In this document: piece after piece, positions 49,859 to 63,949 of the stretch
Layout: each line of letters begins with the position of its first letter
Numbering within the stretch: position 1 is the first letter of the stretch
Assembly: GCA_020137815.1 (NCBI GenBank)
Contig: CM035360.1
Location: 1,240,001 to 1,304,000 of the forward strand
From: Hormiphora californensis
Lineage: Eukaryota; Animalia; Ctenophora
Direction: 5' to 3'
DNA: 64,000 bases
Notes under the pieces: model-generated
The model's input: the letters and a program-made list of their open reading frames with translations, nothing else
Database searches by the model: none
Told to the model about the DNA's origin: nothing
Translations under genes and position numbers: made by a program

Positions 49859-52812
49859 CCCATTAGTGACCTGTGACGCGTTATCGCAACCCAGGTTTGG
49901 AGGCGTATTACGGCTAGATATGAGCATTTGAAATGCTGTAACCACCACACATCACTTGAGAATCGTTCCAACTAAAATTTTAGTCATTAAAAAGTTTTCT
50001 AAATTGACCCTAATTTCCGTAATTATCAATCAAAAAGTACCAATTTCTGGCATTCGGACTAATGCACATAAATGTGCATTTATGTAATATATCTCGACTA
50101 GTTACCGATATGACACATAGCTGATCAGTTAGAGAAATGTTCAGAGATGTTTCTGTAAAAAAACTAGATCTCAAACGGATTTCCTGTTGGCCCTGTAGAG
50201 CCTCAAACAAGTGGGTTGCGGAAACGCTACACTGGCACGGGGCATATATTGGAGGTTTTCAAAGCATGTTAAGGGGCAATTTAAAATAAATAAAAATTAT
50301 AGGGCTATTTTTGGTGCCTTTTTATATTTTTTAAAATCGATTAAAGCAAAAAAATCAACTCAAAAAATTTATCGTTGCGTTTTCGCAACACACTTTTTGG
50401 CTGTTTCTGCCGGTTTCTGAGTCATTTAGTGGGATATTTAGCAAAATTATACATCAGTATACATCAGTATGCTTATAAACATTACATTTTACAACTGTGG
50501 TTGGTTGAAAGTGTGTATATGAACCGTTTCCAATCGTTGCGTTTTCGCAACATCTATAAAGTAAACAATTTAGTACTGTAAATGACTCTGGGCCATTTTT
50601 ATCTTGTTATTAACGATTCTAGTGTTTGATATGTCTAACCTATGACCTCGTGGGACATCTGGGACGAGCTAGAGGCACCCGGCACGACTTCGGGAGCACC
50701 CAGAACGGCAAATAGAGCACCCAGGAGGTCCCAGTGATCGTCTGGGACAACTCAGAGACCACCAGCAACAACTTAGGGAACGCCTGAAACAACCCAGGGG
50801 AGCGTGGGAGGACTCCTCGAGCAAAGTGGACGACTCAGGGAGCACCTGGGATGTCCCAGGACGAATCAAGGAGCATCCAAAACGGCAAATGGAGCACCCA
50901 GGAGGTCCCAGTGATCGTCTGGGACGACTCAGAGACCACCAGCAACAACTCAGGGAACGCCTGAAACAACCCAGGGGAGCGTGGGAGGACTCCTCGAGCA
51001 AAGTGGACGACTCAGGGAGCACCTGGGATGTCCCAGGACGAATCAAGGAGCATCCAAAACGGCAAATGGAGCACCCAGGAGGTCCCAGTGATCGTCTGGG
51101 ACGACTCAGAGACCACCAGCAACAACTCAGGGAACGCCTGAAACAACCCAGGGGAGCGTTGGAGGACTCCTCGAGCAAAGTCGACGACTCAGGGAGCACC
51201 TGGGATGTCCCAGGACGAATCAAGGAGCATCCAAAACGGCAAATGGAGCACCCAGGAGGTCTCAGTGTTCGTCTGGGATGACTCAGAGAGCACCAGCAAC
51301 AACTCAGGGAGCGCCTGAAACAACCCAGGGGAGCGTAGGAGGACTCACCGAGTACACTGAACGACTCAGGGAGTACCTGGGAGGTCTCAAGACGACTCAA
51401 GGGGCATACAGGACGCCTAAAAGAGCGTTTGAGAGGTCCCCGAAAGCGCCTTGGGCGACTCAGGGAGCACCTTGGAGGTCCCAGTACGTTTCATGGAGTA
51501 TATAGGACTTTTTAGGGAGTATCTAGAGCGGCTCAGCGAGCTCTCAGGAGTCTCCGGGAAGCACCTGGGACAACTCAGAGGACGCCCCAGTGAGTGATTA
51601 TGGCCTGGGAGACACAGAATAGCTAAGGATATGCCCACTGGGCTTGAAAGTGGCTATACCCCCACACTAAACACTATATTTTCATGAATTTTCGGTCAAA
51701 TTTACAAATATTCAACCTTATTTTCTAATCCAACATGATCTCCCACCTTCCAATATCGATATGATTCACCCAATGTCGGTTCAAATCAAGTTTAGTGATA
51801 ATTTAACTGCTATTTCATAATGAAATTATATTGGTGTGAGGGTGGCACTATTTGCTGACATTTTTGCATGTTGCGGAAACGCAACCTTTCTGATTTCCTT
51901 CAAATTCCCCATAGATACCGTAGTAAGACCTTTACGGTGCTGCTCAGTAGTATAGAAATCAAAAACACTGTACGAGATGGCCAGATTTGCTGTCGAATGA
52001 GGTGTTGCGAAAACGCAACGAAACTCTAAGCTGCCCCTAGCTTAAATCTGACTATCACAAACTATTTCTACTATTACTAGACTGCCATTAATAACTTAGT
52101 TTGAAAAAAATTATTGAATGTTTAGCTGTTAACAGGCTCCGAATGTTGTTGCGAAAACGCAACGAAATTTAAACTTGCCCGGAGACAAAAACTAGATATC
52201 ACAAATTATTTTCATAACCCCCTAGTTCCATGGGCAGAACTCCGCAAAAGGATCTGCCGTTTGAAAGTGAGCACTTCGGTTCCACGGGAAGAAAAATACT
52301 GACACACAGCCGCACAAACTCCGTGTGAGATGGTTTTTCACGCCCTAATTAAGCATGGTGTGAAAGAGAGATCTACTGAGTTATTTCATTGATCAATTAG
52401 ATGTGTGAATAACACCCTCCCGAGGGGCTACCAAAAAGGCCGAATTACGCCTTTTAGGCGTAATTCGGCCTGTGCACAAGGCGTAATTCTGCGGCGTAAT
52501 TCGGCCGCAGAATTCGGCCTAAACGGCGTAATTCAGCCTAAATTTGGCTGAATTCTGCCCATGGAACAAGTTGAAGTATGTTAAGTGAAATTTTAATATG
52601 ATTGCATCATAATTTTAGCTGTAAAATGACTTTGAAAAGTGTTGCGAAAATGGGACGTGCCAGTGATGCGTTTTCGCAACAGGTTGTTTTAAGCACTTCC
52701 CGATAAGATAGAGACTTCCGCTTTTCAACTTACCATATTGGTGCTGCTAGGGCACTATTTCCAAAAAATTGGAAAATTTCTTCAAAAATTTCGATATCTG
52801 GGCACTAATGGG
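49859..52812. mobile_element. Non-autonomous piggyBac-like element with internal 177-bp tandem repeat
   Basis: TTAA at 49855-49858 and 52813-52816; TIR CCCATTAGTG; repeat anchor GAGCACCCAGGAGG at 50715, 50892, 51069, 51246; recurrent GTTGCGTTTTCGCAAC motif. Confidence 0.85.
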
Positions 52813-54496
52813 TTAATGTCACCACTCAACTACTAGAGCTCAGCAAACAAACAAACACCTCAAAGAATCTGTGTATTAATATGGAGAAGGATAGTTGAAT
52901 TGTTCATACTTTCGGGAGCACGAACACAGTGTCAAGCGACTCAAAAGGATAGCTGGTATTGTAATTCATGACACCCTCCTAGCTCCTTTTTGCCCCATAT
53001 ATTTTATCAATTTACATACAGTAGCTAGCTTACAAAGGGCTGGGTAGATATAAATATATGGAGAGGGAGGGAGCTGGGTGTACCATGTTGTGATATGGAG
53101 AATGGAAGAGGGAGCCGGAAGATGTTGTGATAGAGGGGGCAAAGTTCTATAGTTTGCAGATTAGTATAGCTGTAGAAGAGGGGTTTGCATCGAGAGACTA
53201 TAATATATTGGAGACAAATTGGACAGTTGGGTTCTGCTGAATAATTTATTAGGTGCCCGCATTTTGGTACTCTAGTAGAAGAAGGCCAACGACAGCAAGA
53301 TGCTAAACAAAACAAAAGGTATAACTCTTTCTGACACCCAGCTTACTCAATTAGACTTTACACAGGACACTAACGACCTTTAAAAACACAAAAACCTTCC
53401 AAGACGTCGTTTGTAGAGTCTATATCTGACGTCATAATTCTGGCACAACTATAGTGTGCCAGTACCACGTGGCAGGTCATGGATGTCACTGTCTTAGTAA
53501 TTACTAACGTGACACTCGTCTGACGTGCTTAAAGACTAGACAAGCTATAGTACGTAATGGCCCGCACTAAACATAGTAATCTAGTGGACAACAGAAGTGA
53601 CAAGATCATGACTGTGTTGTAACACCATCAAAACACACATGGTACCCATCAAAACACACACAGTTGAGGTATATATTGTTACTGAAGAAAAACAAATGAA
53701 CTGTTGTACCGCTGAGCTGGTACTATAATAGTATAGCGCCGCGATGTGTGTAAATTGTGCTTGTTAACTCTTTGTCTGTCTACACAAACACGTTTTATAC
53801 CGCAATACTAACTACGGACGGAATTGTTAATAATAATAATGCCTAAACTCACTTCCATTTTCCACTATAGAATATTGTTAATAATAATAATAATATTGCC
53901 TAAACTCACTTCCATTTCCCACTTACCCACTATAGAATATTGTTAATATGCTGGTGGTCGCTGAATATAAAACACACAGCTTTTTCGTAACATGAACATA
54001 TTATGTCGAACCACAGAACACGTAATTTAAAACCACCACCTTCCAATTACAAGGTTTGTGGTAAATATATTAGGGCGTTCTGGTACAGAACTCACATGCA
54101 CATGAAAGTTACAGGTAATCAATACCAAAATCCTAGGCAGACAAGTGCCTATTGTGGGAACTCGAGATTTAGCTGCCGAATACGAGAGTTAATAACTGGA
54201 GAGTTAACCGGTTTTTACCAAAAGCATCCATGGAACATTTACCGCAGGAGGGCAAACTGACAGACTCTCACAAACTGACAGACTGACAGATTGACACAAA
54301 AGAATTAGCTAGAGGCCGGGGCACACTAAATAGCGCTATAATAGTGCTCTAGATATATTGTGATCCACATGACAATGAGAAGAACAAAAGATCCCTCTCT
54401 ATTTAGGTCACGGGACTGTAAACAGACACACTTGAAAAACAAAGGTATAAATAAGCTAAACGTCGTATTATACTAAGCTAAACGTCGTATTATACT

Positions 54497-54617
54497 AAAC
54501 GAGGCAGGCCTACGAAAACCTTTGTGGACGTTCTACGGGTATGGGCGACACGCAGGAGATAGCTTCTGTGATGGAGGAGCGTGATGCATGGAGAAAAATT
54601 GCTCAAGATGAGATGTA
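54497..54617 (+). mobile_element. RTE-clade LINE 3' fragment
   Basis: Broken frame reads KRGRPTKTFVDVL..QEIASVMEERDAWRKI, typical of the RTE ORF C-terminus. Confidence 0.6.
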
Positions 54618-54927
54618 GAAATGAGTCTTGCGGAACTAGCCTCTTTCTTTCGGAAGATGAGATGCACGCATCTAATGTTCCTTGTTTCCGAACGCCTTGA
54701 ATATTGTATTATCGATTGTATTATCGATTCTATATTCTACCCTATAGAACACAATTATCATATTTTATCATTAACACCTGCATTATATTTGAAACCAAAT
54801 ACGTGGGTTTTATCAAGAAACCTGAAAACAAGCCAAGAATAGGGGGTTATAATAAGCAAGCTAGGTTTATCATTAGTGGAGACACGAGTCTGATAACCTC
54901 CCGACGTAGAATTGTCAATAAGATATA

Positions 54928-54960
54928 CTAGTAGGCCCGTTCGCCCTACGGGCGAATTTC
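54928..54960 (-). mobile_element. Helitron-like 3' terminus
   Basis: Minus-strand hairpin TTCGCCC-GTA-GGGCGAA followed by ..CTAG|T; the 5' boundary was not determined. Confidence 0.5.
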
Positions 54961-55715
54961 GGGGAAATGGTAGCTGGATTAGGGAACGCTGACATCACAT
55001 GCACCATCCGTTCCTAGCCTCTCTCACTTTCTCCCTACCCATGTTGTTGTACGCTCTGGGCTTCCTGACAATTTCAAGGTGCGAATTTAAGAGATCAATG
55101 TCATGGAGGTGCAGTGCTGTTCCAGAAACTCATCACGTGAAAACTTCGCCGCTATGTAGCCGATTCGGAGATTTCTATATTCGACTGGAGTAATCACCCT
55201 TGGGCGACGTTGGGTAAAGCTATCCGTAGTCGTTGTCCGTTGATTGGCTCGCTTGAACACGTTGGCGTAATCTGTCATATTCTCTAGCCTGCTCCCTGAC
55301 AGCAGCAGATCTTCTGGACCTATATAACCGTTGCCGAATAGCGCTTGGGGTGGAAGAGCTAGACATCAGGACAGAAGTAAAAGAATGCACGTGCAGAATT
55401 GAATTGGCCCTTGGTACCCAAAACTGCAACTGGGAGTGAGGTTTCTAAGTTGCTCTAATAATTGCACGTGCAGGTGTAGTTGCTAGGTGATGTAGCACTG
55501 ACAATTTGAATAGTAAGTAGTATGATGGCAACAGCTCACCCCTGTGCCCCACTCACAATCAAATATATCCAAGCAGCCTAGTGCAGCACACTTAGCACCT
55601 AGTCGCCACAACGAAACAAGGTGTGCATAACATTGTGTGCACTATTATATGACACGTGTAACGATAATAGCACCGGATCTGGGGCATATTATATATTGGA
55701 TACAATCACTAGCAA

Positions 55716-55809
<94 letters not shown>

Positions 55810-55865
55810 AGAGAGAGAGATAGAGAGTTATAGAGATAGATACAGGGATAGAGACATATTGTATC

Positions 55866-58117
55866 TAGTTAGGGGACAAAGGCTCATGAATGGGAAAAAA
55901 TTTGCAACAAGCTAATTCCTTCACTAATGTGTTCCTAAGGGTCTCCACTAAGCCCCCAGAAAAGTGTAACGCGGTGTGAGGGGTGCAACATGGTCATTTC
56001 CGGTTGGGCGTGGCCGCGCATGGTGAAGATTGACACTTTCGTTCCTTTTGGGTTAAATAGTAAAATGAGGACATTAAAATGTGCAAAATCGACGGGTTAG
56101 TGGGGGTAGAACATGTCAAAATTAAAATTCCATGATTATTTTATGAGATAATTGCATAATTAGCATAATTAGTGCTCGCGCAAGCTAAATGTTATGGTTT
56201 ATGGGGTACGATGGGTTTGGACCCAGAAAAAGATCTACTCCGACCGAAAACATCGTGTTAGTAGGGGTAGAGCATGTCAGACTTTTAATTAAACCATTTT
56301 CTAATGAGATAATTGCATAATTAGTAGACTAATTATCGAAAAAGTTTAAAAATTGGAACTTTGGATCCGGAAAAAGATCTACCCCGACCAAAAACAGCGT
56401 GTTAGTGGGGGTAGAGCATGTCAAAATGACCCTCAAACCATTTGCTAATGATATGACCCTCCCAGATACCCCTCTGATCCTCCCAGATACCCTTCAGACC
56501 CTACCTGATACCCCTCTGACCATCCCAAATAGCCCTTAGACCGTGCTAGATATCCCGCAGACCATACTAGATACCCCTCTGACCATCCCAGATACCCCTG
56601 AGACACTACCTGATACCCCTTTGACCGTCCTAGATACCCCTCAGGCCGTGCTAGATATCCCGCAGGGCGCAGACCCTACTAGATACCTCTCTGATCCTCC
56701 CAGATACCCCTCAGACCCTACCTGATACCCCTCTGACCATCCCAGATAGCCCTTAGACCGTGCTAGATATCCCGCAGACCCTACTAGACACCTCTCTGAC
56801 CATCCCAGATACCCCTCAGACCCTACCTGATACCCCTCTGATCCCACCAGATACCCCTCAGACCCTACCTGATACCCCTCTGACCATCCCAGATACCCCT
56901 CAGACCCTACCTGATACCCCTCTGATCCCACCAGATACCCCTCTGACCGTCCTAGATATCCCTGAGACCGTGCTAGATACCCCTCTGACCATCCCAGATA
57001 CCCCTCTGACCATCCCAGATACCGCTCCGGCCGTGCTAGATACCCGTGAGACCCTATCTGAAACTCCTCAGACCCTACTAGTTACCCATAAGACCCTAAC
57101 TGATACCCCTAAGATCCAACTAGATAGCCCTTTGACTTGATTCCCCTCAGACCGAGCTCAAAGGGGTATCTAGCACGATCAGAGGGTCTAACACCGTGCT
57201 AAATACCTCTCAAAGCATGCTAGAAACCACTCAGATTTTCTGCATCATCTGTATTTATCACGGTCTAAGGGCTATCTGGGAGGGTCAGAGGGGTACCTAG
57301 CATGGTCTGAGGGCTATCTTGTAGGATATGAGGGGTATCTAGGTTGGTCAGTGAGGTATCAGGTAGGGTCTGAGGAATATTTAAGAGGGTTAGAAGGGTA
57401 TCAGGTAGGCTCTGAGGGGTATCTGGAAGGATCAGATGGGTATCAGGTAGGGTCTGAGGGTATCAGGTAGGGTCTGAAGGGTATCTGGGAGGATCAGAGG
57501 GGTATCTGGAAGGGTCATATCATTAGCAAATGGTTTGAGGGTCATTTTTACATGCTCTACCCCCACTAACACGCTGTTTTTGGTCGGGGTAGATCTTTTT
57601 CCGGATCCAAAGTTCCAATTTTTAAACTTTTTCGATAATTAGTCTACTAATTATGCAATTATTTCATTAGAAAATGGTTTAATTAAAAATCTGACATGCT
57701 CTACCCCTACTAACACGATGTTTTCGGTCGGAGTATATATCTTTTTCCGGGTCCAAACCCATCCTACCCCATTAACCATTAAATTTACCTTGCGCGAGCA
57801 CTAATTATGCTAATTATGCAATTATCTCATAAAATAATCATGGAATTTTAATTTTGACATGTTCTACCCCCACTAACCCGTCGATTTTGCACATTTTAAT
57901 GTCCTCATTTTACTATTTAACCCAAAAGGAACGAAAGTGTCAATCTTCACCATGCACGGCCACGCCCAACCGGAAATGACCATGTTGCACCCCTCGCACC
58001 GCGTTACACTTTTCTGGGGGCTTAGTGGAGACCCTTAGGGACACATTAGTGAAGGAATTAGCTTGTTGCAAATTTTTTCCCAGTCAGGGCCTAAATCTGC
58101 CTTTAATCCCCTAACTA
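55866..58117. mobile_element. Fold-back element, Academ-like, with internal minisatellite
   Basis: About 640-bp inverted arms; TAG..CTA termini; 3-bp flank ATC on both sides; core of GATACCCCTCTGACC-type repeats in both orientations. Confidence 0.9.
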
Positions 58118-58219
58118 ATCGATTTCCCCTAGGCCCTAGCCCGATCAAGATATATTATGTAGACAAAAGGATATACTACTGAACTGGGCCGCTAATCGCT
58201 CATTATCTAGGCTTTATGT

Positions 58220-58417
58220 CATTAGTAAGACTTTCTGATTGTGGTACAGGTGTACGGGGTGGAAACTGTGTAGGTGGGGAAACACGTCTGGGGCGTACGA
58301 GGTCATAACAAGTCAAAACACGGATATATTGTTCGTACAATATATCCGTGTTTTGACTTGTTATGACCTCCCACGCCCCGGACGTGTTTCCCAACCTACA
58401 CATTAGTAAGACTTTCT
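58220..58417. repeat. Long hairpin bounded by a 17-bp direct repeat
   Basis: CATTAGTAAGACTTTCT at 58220 and 58401; about 65-bp stem at 58268-58401. Confidence 0.85.
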
Positions 58418-59311
58418 ATCAAATAAACCATTGACCATTCCATCAATCTCTAGATTGCTATACAAATGATTTTACGTGATTTTCAATGATCAGACTGTCA
58501 AAACCAGGAAAAGGACAACAAGGATAAGATCAGAAAAAAACAGCTCAAATGATGAAATCTAATAATTGTTTTTGCTGAGGTTAGGATACTGTCAAAATTG
58601 CCGTGAACTATTGAAGAACACAGTGGTTGTAACAACGTGGAACTGTCTATTGTAGGACAGATAGTATAAACAGTGAACATGAAATGAGTCATTATAATTA
58701 GCTTTAAATAGTCATCTGGAACTGTAATGATGTCTATTGGGGAGTGGGAAGGGAGATAGAAAGAGACTTGGTTGCACGTTTGGTTAACATGGTCTAACGT
58801 GTTGAGCACTTACATCAACTTAGCCTTACATTATTACATGTTCAGTGTTCACGAATAAGTAATGTGTTCCTGACTACTAGTTAGATTTAGAAGTTTGTAT
58901 CCTGGTAGAGTGCTCGATCCGGGGATGCGGAGAGCTGAACTATTGTGACAAGTGAAACAAGGTTTTACAAAATGTGTTCCTGACTACATAATTTGGCCCG
59001 ACCTAACGCACTTATACCGGGCCACTAAACGAAGGACAGATCACACACGTCAAGTACTTAGCAGCTACTATGACGTGACGCGGGAGATTTAATTGCCTTT
59101 AATTAGGAATGAAGGACATGTCGTATGAAAGAAAAGGAAAGAATATCATGGTAGGACACACAAGGTCGATTTATCCGAATTGAATTGAAGGTATGTAGAG
59201 GTGTATGGTAAATCGAGGTTCGACTCAATAACTTGAAGAAAACGAACTAGTTGTCAAGGATTAGAAATCCAGGCAGGAAGCCAGGAGATTATCAGTAGTG
59301 CATCGGCTGCA

Positions 59312-59390
<79 letters not shown>

Positions 59391-60110
59391 TTCTCTGCAG
59401 CACGTGGCTATATGACAGGTCGTTAACGATGATCAACTCTCCCAGATGAACACGTGTCAATCCATTGTATACCTACCGCCAGAATAATTAGAATAATAAA
59501 TATTAGCAGTGGACATGAAGAAAACAAATAATTTGATAATAACTGTTGTAATATATCTCAACTCATTCTATTTATTCAAACCACGGTTCTTAATTATCTC
59601 TCACGGTTTAACCCGGAAAACATCATCATCATTTGAATTTCTAGCCACGTACTGAACATGTTGTATCTCATGTTGTGTCTCATGTTTTAGTCCCAGCTAG
59701 AAAGCGAAAACGCGTGACATGGGAACATACAGAAGAATCCCGGAAGTAGAGATCACGTGTGTGTGAAACTGTGAGCTGAGAACTTTAAACAGCTCTCAAA
59801 GTAGAAGATAGCTATAAGTAGCTAGGGGATATTTATATTATTCAACAAATCAATTATGCAATTAATGCAACTGTCAAGGAATGATTTATTGATGGAATAT
59901 GACTAAATGACTTATTCAAATAGGCAGGATCCGTTTCCCGACAATCGATCTTGTATATCAATTGGGACAGATCATCTCCACCGTCTGTTTACTATTCAAA
60001 TTTTAGGAGAGATTTACCCATAGACCAGAGGTACAAAGCAATATTGTATTCATGGAATTCATTATTCACCAAACGGCAGATTAGGTCCAACGCAGACCAC
60101 ATTAGATAGA

Positions 60111-60185
<75 letters not shown>

Positions 60186-60690
60186 CGTGAGAGAGAGAAA
60201 GAGAGGGAGAGACCCAAAACGACCACACGATCTTGAATCTTGACAAAGAGAGCTCTGATATTTTTACTCTCTGAACGGGTGTGGAATACTGTTGAGCAGG
60301 TGTTGGAATGTTTATATATAATATACTATGTATACTATATATACTCTTTGGACACCAAAAACATTAAAACAAGTACCCTCCAATGACCACTCCCCTAAAA
60401 GTGTAATATGAAATGCATTACAATAATATTATTATTCGATGCATTACATAACATACTAATTCTAATTCTAATTCTACTCAAGTGCTTCCGGCTCCAAACC
60501 GTCTCATTTTTAGATGCCCCGCACCCAGTTTCCTAAAGTGCCGCACTTAAGAGAGAGAGATACGAGATCAGGACAGTGCGACATTATCAGCTGATCAGAT
60601 AAAAGAATCGTAAAATGCATGCTAAAAGGGTCCAAGGAGAAGAAGAAGAAGAAGAAGAGGCAGGAGGGGCTTTGAAGCCACAATTCCAAA

Positions 60691-63600
60691 ATGTCGTTGT
60701 ACCGATTGGTCACTCTTCTCGTAGCGTTTCTACTGCTTTCAGAGGCTCACGGTGGCTGGGGTGGTAGAAGGAGGGGACATCGTGATAGATCATCAAAGGG
60801 GGCCAAACGTCACAGCAGGGGATCAGGTCGTTATTCAGACTACAACAACGGAGACCATGGTGTAATCATGGTAAAAGGCATGTCTGCAGGTGAACCTCAC
60901 AATGGTTACAACATGCACAGTGGAATGAACTCAGTGCAACATTATGAACCTGCTGCAGCGCTAAACATGATTTGGGAGGACCCGAATGAATGGAACCTAT
61001 GAAAACTGAAAACTGGAACAACTGGGTCGAAGATCAAAAGAAAAAGGCGCAACCAGCATATGAGGATTATATGGATCAGCATGCAGCGCCAATTATGATT
61101 TGGGAGGACCCGAATGCGTGGAACTATGAAAACGAAAACTGGAATAACTGGGTCGAAGATCAAAAGAAAAAGGCGCAACCTGAACCTGAGGTGTACCAAC
61201 CAGCATATGAGGATTATATGGATCAGCAGGAAAAGCTCAACCGGATCTGGGACGATGTGAGAGGCTACTGGGCCAGTTCGGAGAAGAAGGACACTTGGAG
61301 CCAATGGATTGAGGAACATCTTGTGGATTGGAGCAACTGGAGCTATGAAAAGGAGAAGGAAAATTGGATGAATTTTGAAAAAGAAAAGGAGAAGGAACGT
61401 TGGAGAGAGTCTGAAGTTGGGCAGGACGGTTGGGGTAACTGGGTTGATGGAGATATCGACAGTTGGGCCGACTGGGTAGCAGTAGGTGAAGATGAAAATT
61501 GGGGCTCCCTTGAAGATGAAAAGAAAGAAGATGTAGTAGATTGGAGCGACTGGACTGAGAAACATCTTGATTGGAGCGAATGGGACAATGCAGAGAGCAA
61601 GGACGATTGGGACAACTTGGTAGAGGCGAATGCTGCCACTTGGGCAGACTGGGTACAAGCAAGTGATTGGAGTGACTGGGTAGGAGAAAATAAGAAAGAA
61701 AGCGATGTTGATGAAGCTTGGAGCGAACTGGGGATCAGATGAGAAGGAGAAACCTTGTAATGACTGATGAGGATAAAAACCCCGAGGAGGAAGAGTGGAG
61801 TCCGTGGGAATCGTGGGATGACATTAAGTGGGTGATGGACGGTGATGATTCAGACCTGATTCATGAACTTGGAGAATTAATTGAGAAAGCGGCGATGTCA
61901 CCTGAAGGTGAGGCGGTAAGTTTGTTGAGGTCATTGGTGAAAGATGATAATGATAATGATGATGATGATAATGATGATGATGATGATGATGATAATGATA
62001 ATGATAATGATAATGATGATGATGATGATGATGACTTATCAGGCAGTATTCATGATGGGTCAAACTGGGTGGATTGGACGGGCTGGTGGGATGAGACAAA
62101 CTGGTGGGATGATGATGTTTGGAACGATAACGACGACGACTGGGGCTGGGGTTCTGGAAAATGGGGTTCTGGGAAGTGGTGGAAAAAGAAGAAATGGCTG
62201 AAGAACTGGAAGAAAAATAATTGGTGGGGCGGCGATAACTGGGGATCAGATGATTGGGGCACGTGGGACGGTGGATGGATGGACGGTGGATGGTGGGATG
62301 CTGACTCTTGGTGGGATGGGAGCACAGATACAGATTGGATAACCGACCTGGATGACATCCTCTCCTTGCTTAATGGTGATGTTGATGATGGTGATCATGG
62401 TGATGGTGATGATGGTGGTGATGTTGCTATAGCAACTGTTCCTCCAACAGTGCCTCCAAAACCTGTAACAACTGAACGTCTTGTAAAACCAGTGACACCA
62501 TCGAAAAACCCACCAATAGTAGCTGGAAACTCTACAACCAATACGACGAGAACAAAACCTCCAAAACTCGCAGAAGATCCTACCATGGTCCCGGATAAAG
62601 TGTATGTAATTCCAGTAACAGATGTTCCAGTGAACCCAGCATACCTCCAAGTAAATCCAACCCTGGTAGAAGAAGATGTCCACCACTTGGAGAGGTTGGA
62701 TTTAACTGACCTAAAGGCACTGATGGAGACTCTCAGTTACGGGGAGGATGTTCTCGGTGATAGGGATTGGGTTTGTGACGTCATCAAGGACCCTGACGTC
62801 ATGGGGAGCATTGATCTTCTATTGGATGGTGAGGAAGCTACTGAACCTACTGGCATTGAAACGGAAACTGGATCTGGACTTGACGAGGAGCCAACCGAGT
62901 CTGGCATTGAAACCGCGGTAGTGACTGGATCTGGAATTGGTGGTGAGGCGATAGTAAATGGTACTGAAGTGGTAGTTAATGGTACCGGAACGAATGAGGA
63001 GGACGCAATCGAAACAGACTTTGTCATTGAGGAAGGGGAAGTAGGGAGTGGCGGTATAATAACCATGATGGTACCATATGTTGATGTAATTACTGACCCG
63101 GTAGTGGGAGCAACTGGAGAGGTTCCTGAAGAGGAATCTGGGGAGGTTCCTGAAGAGGAATCTGGGGAGGCATCTGCTGACCGTTATCCGATACTGATCA
63201 CTCAGATCCCGACTGCTTTGCAAGAAGAAGCTGTTACTGCAATTCCAGAAGAAGAAGGGATCCTGATCGTAGAACCAGGGATGTGGGAGTTAATGGGGTC
63301 GGTGGATGTTATGATTGTGGACGAAACCATGGCAACACCACCACCAGTGGAAAATGCAGTTTCATCAACGTTTTGGTACACAGAGCCGCGTGTTTTAGAG
63401 GTGGGTGTTCAGGATGATGAGATGGATTTCCCTGAACTGGAGGTGAGCGGAAACACGGACACCTTTGAGGAAGAAGAAGAAGAAATAAAGAAAGAGGAGG
63501 AAGAGGAATTATATGCTGGGACGTTCTTCGACAGGTTAGAAGAGAGGTTGGCCAACCCTGAACTAGGTGACCGAGCCCCAATTGCACTTCCAACTACACT

Positions 63601-63949
63601 GGAAGACCGAGATGAAGAAGTTAAAGAATACAAAGATAAACATGTTGGAAAGGAGGAAGATGTCGAGATAGAAAAGAAAGAGGAAATAAATGGGATGACA
63701 GATAAACTCGATAAAGTACGTCCAGCAGCTTCGAACGTAATTCGACCGGTCCCAGGGTTCGCTGGTTCGGGAGAATTAAACTTCAACTTGCTTTCCAGTG
63801 ACGCCAAAATCAGGGGCAAACGGTCCGCTATCTTCGCTCCGAAATCTGGATTTTCTGCCACAGGAATGCTATCTCGACGGGAGGAGTTGGGCCTGCGAGT
63901 CTACTTTTCCTTCCTGAGATCATTTTGTAACCAGCGGGAGGAAGTGTGA
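60691..63949 (+). CDS. Large secreted Trp/Asp/Glu-rich low-complexity protein (about 1080 aa; apparent frameshifts)
   Basis: Signal peptide MSLYRLVTLLVAFLLLSEAHG; three overlapping ORFs of the same composition; the internal duplicate (MIWEDPNAWNYENENWNNWVEDQKKKAQP) shows single extra bases near 60997 and 61007; a second shift lies near 61725-61751. The C-terminus is uncertain. Confidence 0.8.

Noticed and set aside
56543-57140. PDTP-repeat ORFs
   Set aside because: Internal minisatellite of the fold-back element, present in both orientations with interrupting stops.
60990-61751. Programmed frameshifting in the Trp-rich gene
   Set aside because: The internal repeat shows simple single-base insertions with no slippery heptamer; sequencing error is more parsimonious in this assembly.
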